A stretch of 63,313 bases of DNA. Source: an uncultured virus (IMG/VR IMGVR_UViG_2199352004_000009). Its lineage: Duplodnaviria > Heunggongvirae > Uroviricota > Caudoviricetes. A model generated the notes under the pieces. That model did not search any database. It saw only the letters and a program-made list of their open reading frames with translations, and had not been told where the DNA came from. Position 1 is the stretch's first letter. Each line of letters starts with the position of its first letter. The stretch lies in IMG/VR virus record IMGVR_UViG_2199352004_000009; one strand, 5' to 3'. Position numbers and translations under genes: made by a program. Positions 28,456 through 38,385 of this stretch are shown here, piece by piece.

Positions 28456-28749
28456 ATGATTAAAGTGTTTAAATTGATTACTGGTGAAGAATTGATTTCT
28501 AAAGTTACCAGTGGGTCAGATGTTGGTTGGTATCTAGAAGATCCCGCTATCGTGATGGTTCAGCGTACTCAAGAAGGTATGGGCGTTGGTTTAGCTCCTT
28601 TCCTTGCGTATACTTCTGGAAAGATCTATCTCAACAAATCAGGGGTCATCGTCGAGGCTCAAGCCGATAGCCAGATGGAAAACGAATACAACCGACTATT
28701 TGGTGCTGGGATCGTCGTCGCACCTGCATCCGCTCTTATACGCCCTTAA
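28456..28749 (+). CDS. Hypothetical Sm-like protein
   Basis: IKVFKLITGEELI...Y..LFG.GIV pattern common in T4-like phages. Confidence 0.72.
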   Translation: MIKVFKLITGEELISKVTSGSDVGWYLEDPAIVMVQRTQEGMGVGLAPFLAYTSGKIYLNKSGVIVEAQADSQMENEYNRLFGAGIVVAPASALIRP

Positions 28750-28779
28750 ATGTAACCCAAAAGTTTACTTTTCAAGAAT

Positions 28780-28804
28780 AACCCTACCGAGTGTAGGGTT
28801 TTTT
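28780..28804 (+). terminator. Rho-independent terminator
   Basis: AACCCTAC-cgagt-GTAGGGTT followed by T run. Confidence 0.75.
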
Positions 28805-28810
28805 CATTTA

Positions 28811-28844
28811 GGTGTTTACTTTAATTCGGTTCTGATGTATAATA
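28811..28844 (+). repeat. 34-bp exact repeat containing an early promoter (copy 2)
   Basis: Identical to 20238-20271; TTTACT-17-TATAAT. Confidence 0.9.
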
Positions 28845-28873
28845 GTCTTATGATGATTAGAAAGGGTTCTGAA

Positions 28874-29074
28874 ATGGGTTTCGAAAAAGTGGTTCTGGCT
28901 GAAGTTGCTAAGGTTATGAAGTCTGATCGTAAAGCAGCGTTTACCTGTGGTACTCTGTTTGTTGAGTGCTCTGTCAAAGAAGCTGTTAAGATTGAAACAG
29001 CTTTGCTAAAGATTCTTGGTTGTGGCATTATCCTTTCCCGTGTTGGCGAAGAATCTGCCTTTGATTTTGTTTAA
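28874..29074 (+). CDS. Hypothetical early protein (alternative start 28850)
   Basis: Downstream of promoter; the longer 28604 start spans the terminator and promoter and is unlikely. Confidence 0.65.
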   Translation: MGFEKVVLAEVAKVMKSDRKAAFTCGTLFVECSVKEAVKIETALLKILGCGIILSRVGEESAFDFV

Positions 29075-29092
29075 TTGAAAGAGGAATATATT

Positions 29093-29287
29093 ATGAACGT
29101 CGTTTACAAATCTCAAGTCCGTGAGCAATCTTCTGATGCACTGCAGCAATTCTTTGCTCGTGGTGGACAAGTCCAAGTCGTCAAAGCACGCAAATCTCCA
29201 ACTCCAAAAATGCTAGGTAAAAACTCACGTGGGTTCCGCACTGGCACCTCTGGTTTTGCTACTGGCTATCCTTCCAAGTCTCTGTGA
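29093..29287 (+). CDS. Hypothetical basic protein
   Basis: GAGG RBS; QFFARGGQVQV motif. Confidence 0.7.
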   Translation: MNVVYKSQVREQSSDALQQFFARGGQVQVVKARKSPTPKMLGKNSRGFRTGTSGFATGYPSKSL

Positions 29288-29469
29288 TGCGTGCGTTTCT
29301 TGAGACCACTAAAGATTGGGCACACCCATGCCCAAATCATATCTACTATCTCACTGACGACAAGTCCAAGCTGGTTGCTTTTTATAATGTAGTTACAAAG
29401 AAAGTCACCAAGATGTCCAAGCCTATTCGCTTTGACACTCGCTACCGTACCTTTAAGGAATTGAAATGA
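29284..29469 (+). CDS. Hypothetical protein
   Basis: Overlap-coupled to both neighbours. Confidence 0.68.
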   Translation: MMRAFLETTKDWAHPCPNHIYYLTDDKSKLVAFYNVVTKKVTKMSKPIRFDTRYRTFKELK

Positions 29470-30767
29470 ATCTGAATAAGTTTTTTAATAGTCTAGCTGA
29501 CAACGCATCCCGTAATTTTAAAATCGAACAACTAACGGCTAACAGCGATAACGAAACCTTGCGCGAAGTTGTTAGGCTGGCTCTCGATCCTTTCACTCAG
29601 TTCTATCAACGGAAGATTCCAAAGTATACCCCGAACAATAATCCCTTAGGCGACAACTTAGATTGGGCATTGGATCAACTGCTAACTATGTTAGCAAGTC
29701 GTAAGGTTACAGGTAATGCTGCCATTGAGCATCTACAATACGTTCTTGAGAACATCACTGCAGATAATGCCAAGGTTATTGAACGAATCATTCAAAAGGA
29801 TCTCAAATGTGGAGTGCAAGTCTCGACCGCAAACGCAGTGTGGACTGGCTTGGTGCACGAATATCCAGTCATGCTGTGCAGTCCATTCGACGAGAAACTG
29901 GTAAACAAAATCAAGTTCCCAGCTTACGTCCAGTTGAAGATGGATGGGATGCGGTTCAATGCAATCGTAAAAGATGGTAAGTGCGAGTTCCGTAGTCGTA
30001 ATGGTAAAGAGATACAGCTGCTTGGGTTTCTAGAAACAGACTTTATCAAGATGGCAGCTGGATTTAATATGGTGTTTGATGGTGAACTTCTTGTAAATGA
30101 CAAGGGTGTGATTCTTGATCGGCAAACAGGCAATGGTATTTTAAATAAAGCCAACAAAGGTACAATCTCTGACTTGGACGCACGTAAAGTTCGTGCCACT
30201 GTATGGGATGTTATTCCTTTTGATGCGTTTGCTTCTGGAATCTGTAAAGTTGATTATGCCACTCGACTAAATGGACTTGAACGCATGATTCAGAAAAGCT
30301 CTCCAGCAAAGGTTAATCTTGTACAAACTGATCTTGTACAAACTCTTGATATGGCTCAAAGTATTTTTGAATCATATCTTGCCGATGGACTAGAAGGAAT
30401 TATTCTGAAGTCTAGTGATGGAATTTGGGAAGACAAACGCAGCAAGTCTCAGATCAAATTTAAGGGTGAACTAGAATGCGATCTACGTATTGTTGGTGTG
30501 CAAATGGGTACAGGCAAGTATGATGGTATGCTTGGCGCAATTCTTTGTGAATCTGCAGATGGTGTGATTAAGGTTAGTGTTGGCTCTGGATTCTCTGATG
30601 AACAACGCAAAGAATTGATGAAGCAAAATTTACTTGACGGAATTGCTGCTATCAAGTATAATATGAGAATAAAGAACAAAGCTGGAGAAGAATCTTTGTT
30701 CCTTCCCATTGTTTTAGAGATTCGTGATGATAAAGAAGTTGCAGATTCTAGTAAGGATATTAAATGA
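29466..30767 (+). CDS. gp30: ATP-dependent DNA ligase
   Basis: KMDGMR (motif I), FDGEL, EGIILK, WEDKRS, VGSGFSD, LFLP. Confidence 0.95.
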   Translation: MNLNKFFNSLADNASRNFKIEQLTANSDNETLREVVRLALDPFTQFYQRKIPKYTPNNNPLGDNLDWALDQLLTMLASRKVTGNAAIEHLQYVLENITADNAKVIERIIQKDLKCGVQVSTANAVWTGLVHEYPVMLCSPFDEKLVNKIKFPAYVQLKMDGMRFNAIVKDGKCEFRSRNGKEIQLLGFLETDFIKMAAGFNMVFDGELLVNDKGVILDRQTGNGILNKANKGTISDLDARKVRATVWDVIPFDAFASGICKVDYATRLNGLERMIQKSSPAKVNLVQTDLVQTLDMAQSIFESYLADGLEGIILKSSDGIWEDKRSKSQIKFKGELECDLRIVGVQMGTGKYDGMLGAILCESADGVIKVSVGSGFSDEQRKELMKQNLLDGIAAIKYNMRIKNKAGEESLFLPIVLEIRDDKEVADSSKDIK

Positions 30768-30958
30768 TACTTGAAACTATTGTTCGTAGTAAACGATGCT
30801 TTGATGTAAACTCAAAAAAAGATATTGAGATGTTTACTCGTTATCTTAAAACAAAGGCATGGGGTAAAGAAGGATGTCCATTTGCATTGGAATTCCCACA
30901 CCTCACTGTTCCTGACATGATTAAAGAGAAACTTATTTTTAAATTCTTAAAGGTTTGA
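30764..30958 (+). CDS. Hypothetical protein
   Basis: ATGA overlap; WGKEGCPF.LE.P motif. Confidence 0.7.
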   Translation: MILETIVRSKRCFDVNSKKDIEMFTRYLKTKAWGKEGCPFALEFPHLTVPDMIKEKLIFKFLKV

Positions 30959-30959
30959 T

Positions 30960-31385
30960 ATGACCGAAGATGTTAAGTATGATGCTTTCGAGAAAAGCAT
31001 GCATGAAAAATACCCAAAGATGTTTGCACAACCATACGGTGGCTTTGCTGTCAGTGAAGGTTGGTGGTTGATCATTGAACGTCTTTGTGCTAAAATTCAA
31101 CATTATATTGACTGGCAGAATAAGAATCATGAGAAGCATCCTGTAGTTGAGCAAGTAGTTGTTCTTCAAATAAAAGAAAAGTTTGGAGGCTTACGGTTTT
31201 ATTATTCAGGCGGAGACGAACAGGTGTATGGTATGGTTCGTATGGCAGAATCATGGGCAAGTAATAGCTGCGAGACTTGCGGGAATCGTGGTGTGAGTCG
31301 TAGTGGTGGTTGGATTAGAACGTTGTGTGACGAACATGAAACAGAACGTCAAAAAGATATGAAAGAAAGGTACGGAGATGACTGA
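30960..31385 (+). CDS. Hypothetical protein with Zn-ribbon-like C-terminus
   Basis: QIKEKFGGLRFY...CETCG...GWIRTLC, a widespread phage family. Confidence 0.78.
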   Translation: MTEDVKYDAFEKSMHEKYPKMFAQPYGGFAVSEGWWLIIERLCAKIQHYIDWQNKNHEKHPVVEQVVVLQIKEKFGGLRFYYSGGDEQVYGMVRMAESWASNSCETCGNRGVSRSGGWIRTLCDEHETERQKDMKERYGDD

Positions 31386-31668
31386 TAAAGTATGGGTAAT
31401 GGTTGAGTGTGTTTCGATGTTTCGTATGCGTTATATGGTTGAGGCACCTGCTGCCAATCCAGAGTATGCACTTGACACTGTGACAATGAATGAGGCTAAA
31501 GAGTTTAGTCAAGAACATATAACTGAGAGCATTATTTCTCATAGAGTTATGAGTGAAGCAGAAGCTCTCAAGTTTTGCGATACCGACAATGACTATTGTT
31601 TGGGTTGGACTGAAGAACAAAAGATCAATGCCTTCTTTACTAGAGAAGATGAAAAGGTAGTTCTATAA
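31378..31668 (+). CDS. Hypothetical protein
   Basis: Coupled ORF. Confidence 0.68.
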   Translation: MTDKVWVMVECVSMFRMRYMVEAPAANPEYALDTVTMNEAKEFSQEHITESIISHRVMSEAEALKFCDTDNDYCLGWTEEQKINAFFTREDEKVVL

Positions 31669-32243
31669 TGTTTATTTTTGATATAGAAACTCTTGGTGTT
31701 GAGTCAACTGCGGTTGTTCTTAGCGCAGCTTTGATTTATTTTGATCCAGAACAGCGTCCAAGTTATAAAGATCTATTGGAGTCTGCCTTGTTTGTTAAGT
31801 TCAATGCAAGAGATCAGATTCAAAGATTGAATCGAACTATTGATCCATCTACTTTAGAGTGGTGGGAAAATCAGCATGAGTATGTTCAGCAAGTTTCTTT
31901 GCGCCCATCTTCTACTGATATAAAAGCTGAGGATGGTATTATCATGCTGCATAACTATATGAACAGGATCCAGAATGCTCAAAAGCATACCATGTGGGCA
32001 CGTGGGTCTTTAGATCAGCTGGCAATTGATAGCCTTGCAGTTCGCTGTGAAATGCAACAAATCACTAGCTATGCTGCATGGAGAGATATTAGAACTGCAG
32101 TAGATATTCTTACAGGATCCACAAACGGATACTGTGATGTAGTTTACGACGGGTTTGATCGGCACGAAGTTATTAAACATCACCCTGTGCATGATTGCGC
32201 ACTTGATGCAATGATGTTAATGTATGGAAAATCTAAAGAATAA
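31668..32243 (+). CDS. dexA: DEDDh 3'-5' exonuclease (DexA-like)
   Basis: FDIETLG, WARG, RDIRT, HHPVHDCALD. Confidence 0.85.
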   Translation: MFIFDIETLGVESTAVVLSAALIYFDPEQRPSYKDLLESALFVKFNARDQIQRLNRTIDPSTLEWWENQHEYVQQVSLRPSSTDIKAEDGIIMLHNYMNRIQNAQKHTMWARGSLDQLAIDSLAVRCEMQQITSYAAWRDIRTAVDILTGSTNGYCDVVYDGFDRHEVIKHHPVHDCALDAMMLMYGKSKE

Positions 32244-34732
32244 TGCATTTTTATACTAACGTATTTCCCTTTGGCGATCAGATGTTCGTACGTGGTTACG
32301 ACAATGGTCGCCCTTTTTCACATAAGGTGGAATTTTACCCAACACTGTACGTTCCTTCAAAGAAGCACGACAGTGATTGGCGCACACTTGATGGAACTGT
32401 AGTAGATGTGGTCAATCCTGGAGGTGTCAAAGATACCAAAGAGTTTGTCAAACGATACGAAGATGTCAAAGGGTTCGATATCTATGGTAACACTAATTAC
32501 GTTTGCCAGTATATCAGCGATACTTATGAAAGTGATATCAAGTGGGACATGGATCTCATTAAGGTATACACGATTGACATCGAGACTAAAACCGAAAGTG
32601 GATTCCCTGATATCAAAACTGCCAATGAAGATATCTTGCTAATCACAATCAAGGATCTTGCCAGTAAAAAGGTTATCACATTCGGAACTAAAACGTATGT
32701 GAATAGTAGAGACGATGTAGTTTATCTGCATTGCGAAAGCGAAACGCATCTGTTGCGAGAGTTTGTAGCTTGGTGGCAACAGAACTATCCAGATATCATC
32801 ACTGGTTGGAATACAGAATTCTTTGACGTGCCTTATCTTGTTCGACGTATTGAGCGTGAACTTGGCGAGCCTTATGCCAAGAAACTATCTCCATGGGGAT
32901 ACTACAACGAACGCAAGACTTTCATTAAAGGTTCCGAAGAGATTCATTACGACATCCATGGTATTGCGCACTTGGACTTTCTTGCCCTGTACAAGAAGTT
33001 TACTTACACCAAGCAAGAATCATATCGACTTGACTATATTGCTGAGCAAGAACTTGGCGATAAGAAGAAAGAAAACCCTGGAGAATCATTCAAGGATTTC
33101 TACACAAATCACTGGCAACAGTTTGTTGAATACAACATCCAAGACGTAGAGTTGGTCGACCGTATGGAAGACAAGATGCGCCTAATTGAACTGTGTTTGA
33201 CTATGGCGTACAACGCAAAGATTAATCTTGAAGATGTATTCTCACAGGTTCGTATGTGGGACGCCATCATCTATAACCACTTGCGTGAAAAGCGCATTGC
33301 TATCCCCGCAAAGAATATCTTTGGTGGTAAAGATGCTCAATTTGAAGGTGCGTATGTTAAAGATCCGCTAATTGGTATGCACAAATGGGTTGCTTCATTC
33401 GACTTGAACTCGCTGTATCCACATTTGATTATGCAATACAACATCAGTCCAGAGACTCTTACACACGAGAAGATTTCTTGTACAGTTGATCAGCTATTGA
33501 ATCAAGAGATTGATACTTCATATGCTAAGAACAATGAGCTGTCCATGACTGCAAATGGGTGGTGCTATCGTAAAGACATCAAAGGGTTTATGCCTCAGTT
33601 GATGGAAAACATGTACAAGGATCGATCTAAGTTTAAGAAACAGATGTTGAAGATTGAGCAAGAGTATCAAGATGATAAAAGCAAGAAGCACTTGCTAAAG
33701 GATATCTCCAGATTGAATAACCTTCAGATGGCTATGAAGATTGCATTGAACTCTGCTTATGGTGCTATGGGTAATCAATACTTTAGGTACTTTGATCTAC
33801 GCATGGCTGAGGGTATTACAACTTCTGGTCAGTTGTCTATTCGTTGGATGGCTAATGAGTTTAATGCATACATGAACAAGTTGCTTAAGACCAAGGACGC
33901 TGATTACGTTATTGCCATTGATACTGACTCGATCTATTTGACACTTGAGCAACTGGTTGAAACCGTCGCAGCTGATAAGGATACGATAGGTAAGATCAAG
34001 TACATGGACAAGATCTGTGAAGAAATCTTCCAGCCTTTTATTGATAATACATATAAGAAGCTGTCTGAGTATATGAATGCTTACTCGCAAAAGATGATTA
34101 TGAAGCGAGAGGTTCTGGCTGATAAAGGTATCTGGACTGCTAAGAAACGATACATTCTTAACGTGCATAACTCTGAGGGTGTTCAGTTTGCAAAGCCAAA
34201 GGTCAAGGTCATGGGTTTGGAAATGGTCAAGTCATCTACACCTTCAATCATTCGCAATAAACTTAAAGAATCTATTCCTGTTATTCTAGATGGTGATCAA
34301 AGTAAGCTGCATGATTTTATTGAAAAGTTTCGTAGTGAATATAAATCATTCTCAGTTGTAGAGATTGCATTCCCACGAGGTGTCAATGGAATAAAGACCT
34401 ATGCAGGTTCACCAATCTATACAAAGGGAACTCCAATTCATGTTCGTGGTGCATTGCTACACAACCACTATCTAAAGAAGATGCAGTTGGATAAAGTTTA
34501 CCAACCTATTCGTGATGGAGATAAGATCAAGTTTGTTTATGTAAAGAAGCCAAATCCATTCCAAGAGGATGTGATTTCTTTCTCACAAACCTTACCTGAA
34601 GAGTTTGGTCTAAATAGATTCATTGATTATGATCTCCAATTCGAGAAAACATTTTTAGATGCACTACAAACCGTAATTGAGCCACTTGGTTGGCATACCG
34701 AAGAAAAAGCATCATTGGAGGATTTCTTTTGA
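32243..34732 (+). CDS. gp43: Family B DNA polymerase
   Basis: DIET exo, SFDLNSLYP, KIALNSAYG, DTDS, KKRY; C-term SLEDFF. Confidence 0.98.
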   Translation: MHFYTNVFPFGDQMFVRGYDNGRPFSHKVEFYPTLYVPSKKHDSDWRTLDGTVVDVVNPGGVKDTKEFVKRYEDVKGFDIYGNTNYVCQYISDTYESDIKWDMDLIKVYTIDIETKTESGFPDIKTANEDILLITIKDLASKKVITFGTKTYVNSRDDVVYLHCESETHLLREFVAWWQQNYPDIITGWNTEFFDVPYLVRRIERELGEPYAKKLSPWGYYNERKTFIKGSEEIHYDIHGIAHLDFLALYKKFTYTKQESYRLDYIAEQELGDKKKENPGESFKDFYTNHWQQFVEYNIQDVELVDRMEDKMRLIELCLTMAYNAKINLEDVFSQVRMWDAIIYNHLREKRIAIPAKNIFGGKDAQFEGAYVKDPLIGMHKWVASFDLNSLYPHLIMQYNISPETLTHEKISCTVDQLLNQEIDTSYAKNNELSMTANGWCYRKDIKGFMPQLMENMYKDRSKFKKQMLKIEQEYQDDKSKKHLLKDISRLNNLQMAMKIALNSAYGAMGNQYFRYFDLRMAEGITTSGQLSIRWMANEFNAYMNKLLKTKDADYVIAIDTDSIYLTLEQLVETVAADKDTIGKIKYMDKICEEIFQPFIDNTYKKLSEYMNAYSQKMIMKREVLADKGIWTAKKRYILNVHNSEGVQFAKPKVKVMGLEMVKSSTPSIIRNKLKESIPVILDGDQSKLHDFIEKFRSEYKSFSVVEIAFPRGVNGIKTYAGSPIYTKGTPIHVRGALLHNHYLKKMQLDKVYQPIRDGDKIKFVYVKKPNPFQEDVISFSQTLPEEFGLNRFIDYDLQFEKTFLDALQTVIEPLGWHTEEKASLEDFF

Positions 34733-35301
34733 AAAACTTAGCTGACTATGTAATGATTGTTGATCATGTATTGACAGAAGACTTTTGTAACTCATTGATT
34801 GAACGATTCGAGAAACAAGAACAAAAACTAACTAATAACACATGGGGTAATCATATGATGAACTTCCATGAGTTAAACATTACAAAACATGAGGACTTTG
34901 TAGAAGAGTCTAAGTTGTTTTACGATCTAACACAAGATCTTTTTAAGTTTTACATTGATAAAAATAATGTAGAATTTATGCCTAGTAAAATTGGGTACGA
35001 AGATGCAAGAATGAAACGATACGATCCAAATGGTATTGACCAGTTCGGTTGGCATACTGATGTTGGGGATTATGCATCTGCAAAAAGATTTCTTGTTATG
35101 TTCTATTACCTAAACGATGTTGAAGAAGGTGGACAAACCGTATTCAACGATGTTACATACGATGATAAAACAAACTTGACTATAAATGCTAGACGAGGTA
35201 GAATAGTAATATTCCCTCCTATGTGGATGTACCCACACAAGGGTATGCCTCCAATTAGTAACTCTAAGTATATTATATCCACATACTGCCATTACCTATA
35301 A
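34729..35301 (+). CDS. 2OG-Fe(II) oxygenase (prolyl-4-hydroxylase-like)
   Basis: WHTD...FYYLNDVEEGGQT...FPP.WMYPH.G...KY; TTG start overlapping the gp43 stop. Confidence 0.85.
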   Translation: MKNLADYVMIVDHVLTEDFCNSLIERFEKQEQKLTNNTWGNHMMNFHELNITKHEDFVEESKLFYDLTQDLFKFYIDKNNVEFMPSKIGYEDARMKRYDPNGIDQFGWHTDVGDYASAKRFLVMFYYLNDVEEGGQTVFNDVTYDDKTNLTINARRGRIVIFPPMWMYPHKGMPPISNSKYIISTYCHYL

Positions 35302-35309
35302 GGACAAAT

Positions 35310-35561
35310 ATGAAACTATTAAAATTTTCTGCTGAGTGGTGCAATCCATGCAAAACTCTAACCCAAGTTATCATCAAAGCTGGTGATAAGATAACTGTGC
35401 CTGTTGAGCAAGTTGACATTGATGCTCAATCTGATATTGCCATGCACTATGGAATCCGTAGCGTTCCAACCATGATTTTGATTGACGACAATAATGCAGA
35501 GATTAAACGACGTGTAGGTTCTATGAACGAAGCACAATTGCTAGACTTTTTGAAAGGTTAA
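35310..35561 (+). CDS. Thioredoxin
   Basis: FSAEWCNPC, IRSVPT. Confidence 0.92.
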   Translation: MKLLKFSAEWCNPCKTLTQVIIKAGDKITVPVEQVDIDAQSDIAMHYGIRSVPTMILIDDNNAEIKRRVGSMNEAQLLDFLKG

Positions 35562-35562
35562 T

Positions 35563-36624
35563 ATGAACATTTTAGATAAGATTAAAAAGAATTCAACGAT
35601 CAAAGAGTCTGCGATTTTGGCAAACTCTAAGTTCTTTCAAAAGAAAGATATGATTGCTACGACCATTCCTGTTATCAACGTAGCATTTTCTGGTCGACTT
35701 GATGGTGGTTTTGTTCCTGGACTTACCATGTGGGCTGGTCCATCAAAACACTTTAAGACTGCATTCTCTTTGCTAATGGCTAAGTCTTATATGGATAAGT
35801 ATCCAGATTCTGCTTTATTGTTCTACGACTCTGAGTTTGGCACACCTCAATCCTACTTTGATTCTTTTGGTATTGACACCAATAGAGTTGTTCATACTCC
35901 AATCATGGACGTTGAGCAATTGAAGTTTGATATTATGCAGCAACTAGCTGGCATCGAGCGCACTGACAAGATGATGATTGTCATTGACTCTATTGGTAAC
36001 CTTGCTTCTAAGAAAGAAGTTGAAGATGCCATGGATGGAAAGTCTGTTGCTGATATGTCTCGTGCTAAACAGATGAAGTCTTTGTTCCGTATGGTTACAC
36101 CACACTTGACTATGAAAGACATTCCAATGGTAGTTGTCAATCATACTTACAAAGAAATTGGTTTGTATCCTAAAGACATCGTTGGTGGTGGTACTGGTTC
36201 TTATTACTCAGCTGACAACATCTTTATCTTGGGTCGTCAACAAGAAAAAGAAGGCACTGAAATCGTTGGTTACAATTTTATTATCAATGTGGAAAAATCT
36301 CGTTATGTTAAAGAAAAATCTAAGATACCTGTTAGCGTATCTTTTGATGGTGGCATTAGTCGTTGGTCTGGTCTATTGGACATCGCACTCGAGTCAGGGC
36401 ATGTGGTTAAGCCAAGCAACGGATGGTACTCAAAGGTTGACTCTGATGGAGTTGTTGAAGACAAGAAGTATCGTTTGAAAGATACTGATACCAAAGACTT
36501 CTGGATGTCAGTTGTAACTTCAAAGACATTCAATGAGTTCGTCAAGAATAAGTATGCAATCTCTACTGGTGATATTATGCAAGGTGAAGACATTGATGCA
36601 GAACTTGCTGCAATAGAAGGATGA
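35563..36624 (+). CDS. uvsX: RecA-like recombinase
   Basis: AGPSKHFKT, FYDSEFG, DSIGNLASKKE, GGTG.YYSAD. Confidence 0.96.
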   Translation: MNILDKIKKNSTIKESAILANSKFFQKKDMIATTIPVINVAFSGRLDGGFVPGLTMWAGPSKHFKTAFSLLMAKSYMDKYPDSALLFYDSEFGTPQSYFDSFGIDTNRVVHTPIMDVEQLKFDIMQQLAGIERTDKMMIVIDSIGNLASKKEVEDAMDGKSVADMSRAKQMKSLFRMVTPHLTMKDIPMVVVNHTYKEIGLYPKDIVGGGTGSYYSADNIFILGRQQEKEGTEIVGYNFIINVEKSRYVKEKSKIPVSVSFDGGISRWSGLLDIALESGHVVKPSNGWYSKVDSDGVVEDKKYRLKDTDTKDFWMSVVTSKTFNEFVKNKYAISTGDIMQGEDIDAELAAIEG

Positions 36625-36625
36625 T

Positions 36626-36958
36626 ATGTACGAAGTACCTGAAGATTTCCAACTACCTGCCCATGTAGTTTTAGAAAATAAGGTGGACAAAACACAGGCA
36701 ATAAAGTTGCTTGTGAGTCCATATGAGGGTATAATATTCTCTTATGGTAAGGTATCTTTTGATAAGATCGTTGGGGATGCAGAAGAAGAACATGCACATA
36801 TGCAGTTTGAGTATAACGTGCATGATTATGCTGGCAAAGATTTTAGTGCAAAGCAGAAAGCTGTCTTCGAAGAATTCCTTGGTGACTTCTTAAGAGACCT
36901 TATAATTTTTGGTATTAATGAAAACAACATATCATATACTGGTGGTATTGAAGGGTAG
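36626..36958 (+). CDS. Hypothetical protein (position of T4 gp40)
   Basis: Between uvsX and gp41; YEGIIFSYGKVSF...FEYNV. Confidence 0.65.
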   Translation: MYEVPEDFQLPAHVVLENKVDKTQAIKLLVSPYEGIIFSYGKVSFDKIVGDAEEEHAHMQFEYNVHDYAGKDFSAKQKAVFEEFLGDFLRDLIIFGINENNISYTGGIEG

Positions 36959-36966
36959 AAATTTTA

Positions 36967-38376
36967 ATGCGTATTGAACAAGCCATTCTGTCTAATCTTA
37001 TTCATAATGAGGAGTATTGCCGAAAGGTAATTCCTTACCTCAAGAAAGAGTACTTTGCTGATCGCAAGGATTCGACAATTGCTGCTCTGTTGATTTCTTT
37101 CTTTGAGAAGTATAACAAACCTGCATCATCAGAGATTATTGCCATTGAGGTAACTAATCTTCCAGGGCTAACTGATAAAGAAGTTCCAGAATTGCATGAG
37201 TATGCGAAATCACTCGTGTGTGATGTGACGACCAATCCTGATTGGTTACTAGAGAATACTGAAAAGTTTTGTAAAGACCGAGCAGTATACAATGCGATTC
37301 TGGCTTCGATTAAAATTATTGATGGTAAAGATAAAGTGCACAACCAAGATGCGATTCCATCCATCTTATCTGATGCACTTGCTGTAAGTTTTGATAGCCA
37401 CATTGGTCATGATTACATAGACGATGCTAATGAGCGTTTCGAATTCTATCATAGAATTGAAGAAAAGGTTGCTTTTGATCTTGAGATGTTTAACCTTATC
37501 ACTAAGGGTGGACTTTCCAGGAAAACTCTGAACATTGCACTTGCTGGTACTGGTGTTGGTAAGTCTCTGTTTATGTGTCACGTTTCTGCATCTAGTTTGA
37601 TGCAGGGTAAGAATGTTCTTTACATTACCATGGAAATGGCAGAAGAACGTATTGCTGAACGTATTGATGCAAACCTATTGAATATTACCATGGATGAATT
37701 GAAGGTCATCGATAAAGATATCTTTGATTCTAAAATGGATAAATTGGCTAAGAAAACTCAAGGCAAGCTAATCGTCAAAGAATATCCAACTGCATCTGCC
37801 CATGCTGGTCACTTTCGTGCTTTGCTTGAAGAATTGAAGATGAAGCGTGACTTCCGACCAGATATTATCATGATTGACTATCTAAACATCTGTTCTTCTC
37901 AGCGTGTCAAGCAAGGTGGCTCTGTAAATTCTTATACATATATTAAGTCGATTGCTGAAGAGTTACGTGGTCTTGCTGTAGAGTATAATGTGCCGATTCT
38001 GTCTGCAACCCAAACTACTCGTAGTGGTTTTACCAATAGTGATCCAGGGTTGGAAGATACGTCAGAATCATTTGGTTTACCAGCTACTGCTGACTTTATG
38101 TTTGCTTTGGTATCCAATGAAGAACTTGAACAACTGAATCAAATCATTGTCAAACAACTGAAGAATCGTTACAACGATCCAGGATTTTATAAACGATTCG
38201 TTGTTGGTATTGATAGATCAAAGATGAAGTTATATGATGTAGAAGCCTCTGCTCAACAGAACTTGTCAGACGCTGGTCAATCTTATAGTATGAAAGAAGA
38301 CAAGCCTCTCTTCGATCAAAGTGATTTTGGCAAACGACTACCTAGTAATACTGGGTTCGCTGATTTTAAATTTTAA
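36967..38376 (+). CDS. gp41: Replicative DNA helicase
   Basis: AGTGVGKS, TMEMAEE, IVKEYPT, DYLNI, SATQTTR, SESFGLPATAD. Confidence 0.96.
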   Translation: MRIEQAILSNLIHNEEYCRKVIPYLKKEYFADRKDSTIAALLISFFEKYNKPASSEIIAIEVTNLPGLTDKEVPELHEYAKSLVCDVTTNPDWLLENTEKFCKDRAVYNAILASIKIIDGKDKVHNQDAIPSILSDALAVSFDSHIGHDYIDDANERFEFYHRIEEKVAFDLEMFNLITKGGLSRKTLNIALAGTGVGKSLFMCHVSASSLMQGKNVLYITMEMAEERIAERIDANLLNITMDELKVIDKDIFDSKMDKLAKKTQGKLIVKEYPTASAHAGHFRALLEELKMKRDFRPDIIMIDYLNICSSQRVKQGGSVNSYTYIKSIAEELRGLAVEYNVPILSATQTTRSGFTNSDPGLEDTSESFGLPATADFMFALVSNEELEQLNQIIVKQLKNRYNDPGFYKRFVVGIDRSKMKLYDVEASAQQNLSDAGQSYSMKEDKPLFDQSDFGKRLPSNTGFADFKF

Positions 38377-38385
38377 GGAGTAGAT

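Noticed and set aside
17820..28844. Repeated 30-35 bp sequences as a CRISPR array or att sites
   Set aside because: Dispersed over kilobases, no regular spacers, no cas or integrase gene; explained as promoters
28604..28873. Long N-terminal extension of ORF 28604-29074
   Set aside because: It overlaps the upstream gene and runs through a terminator and promoter; the real start is 28850 or 28874
30316..30344. Tandem 14-bp repeat ATCTTGTACAAACT (period 15) in DNA ligase
   Set aside because: Two copies, in frame (LVQT-D-LVQT); a minor local duplication with no sign of function
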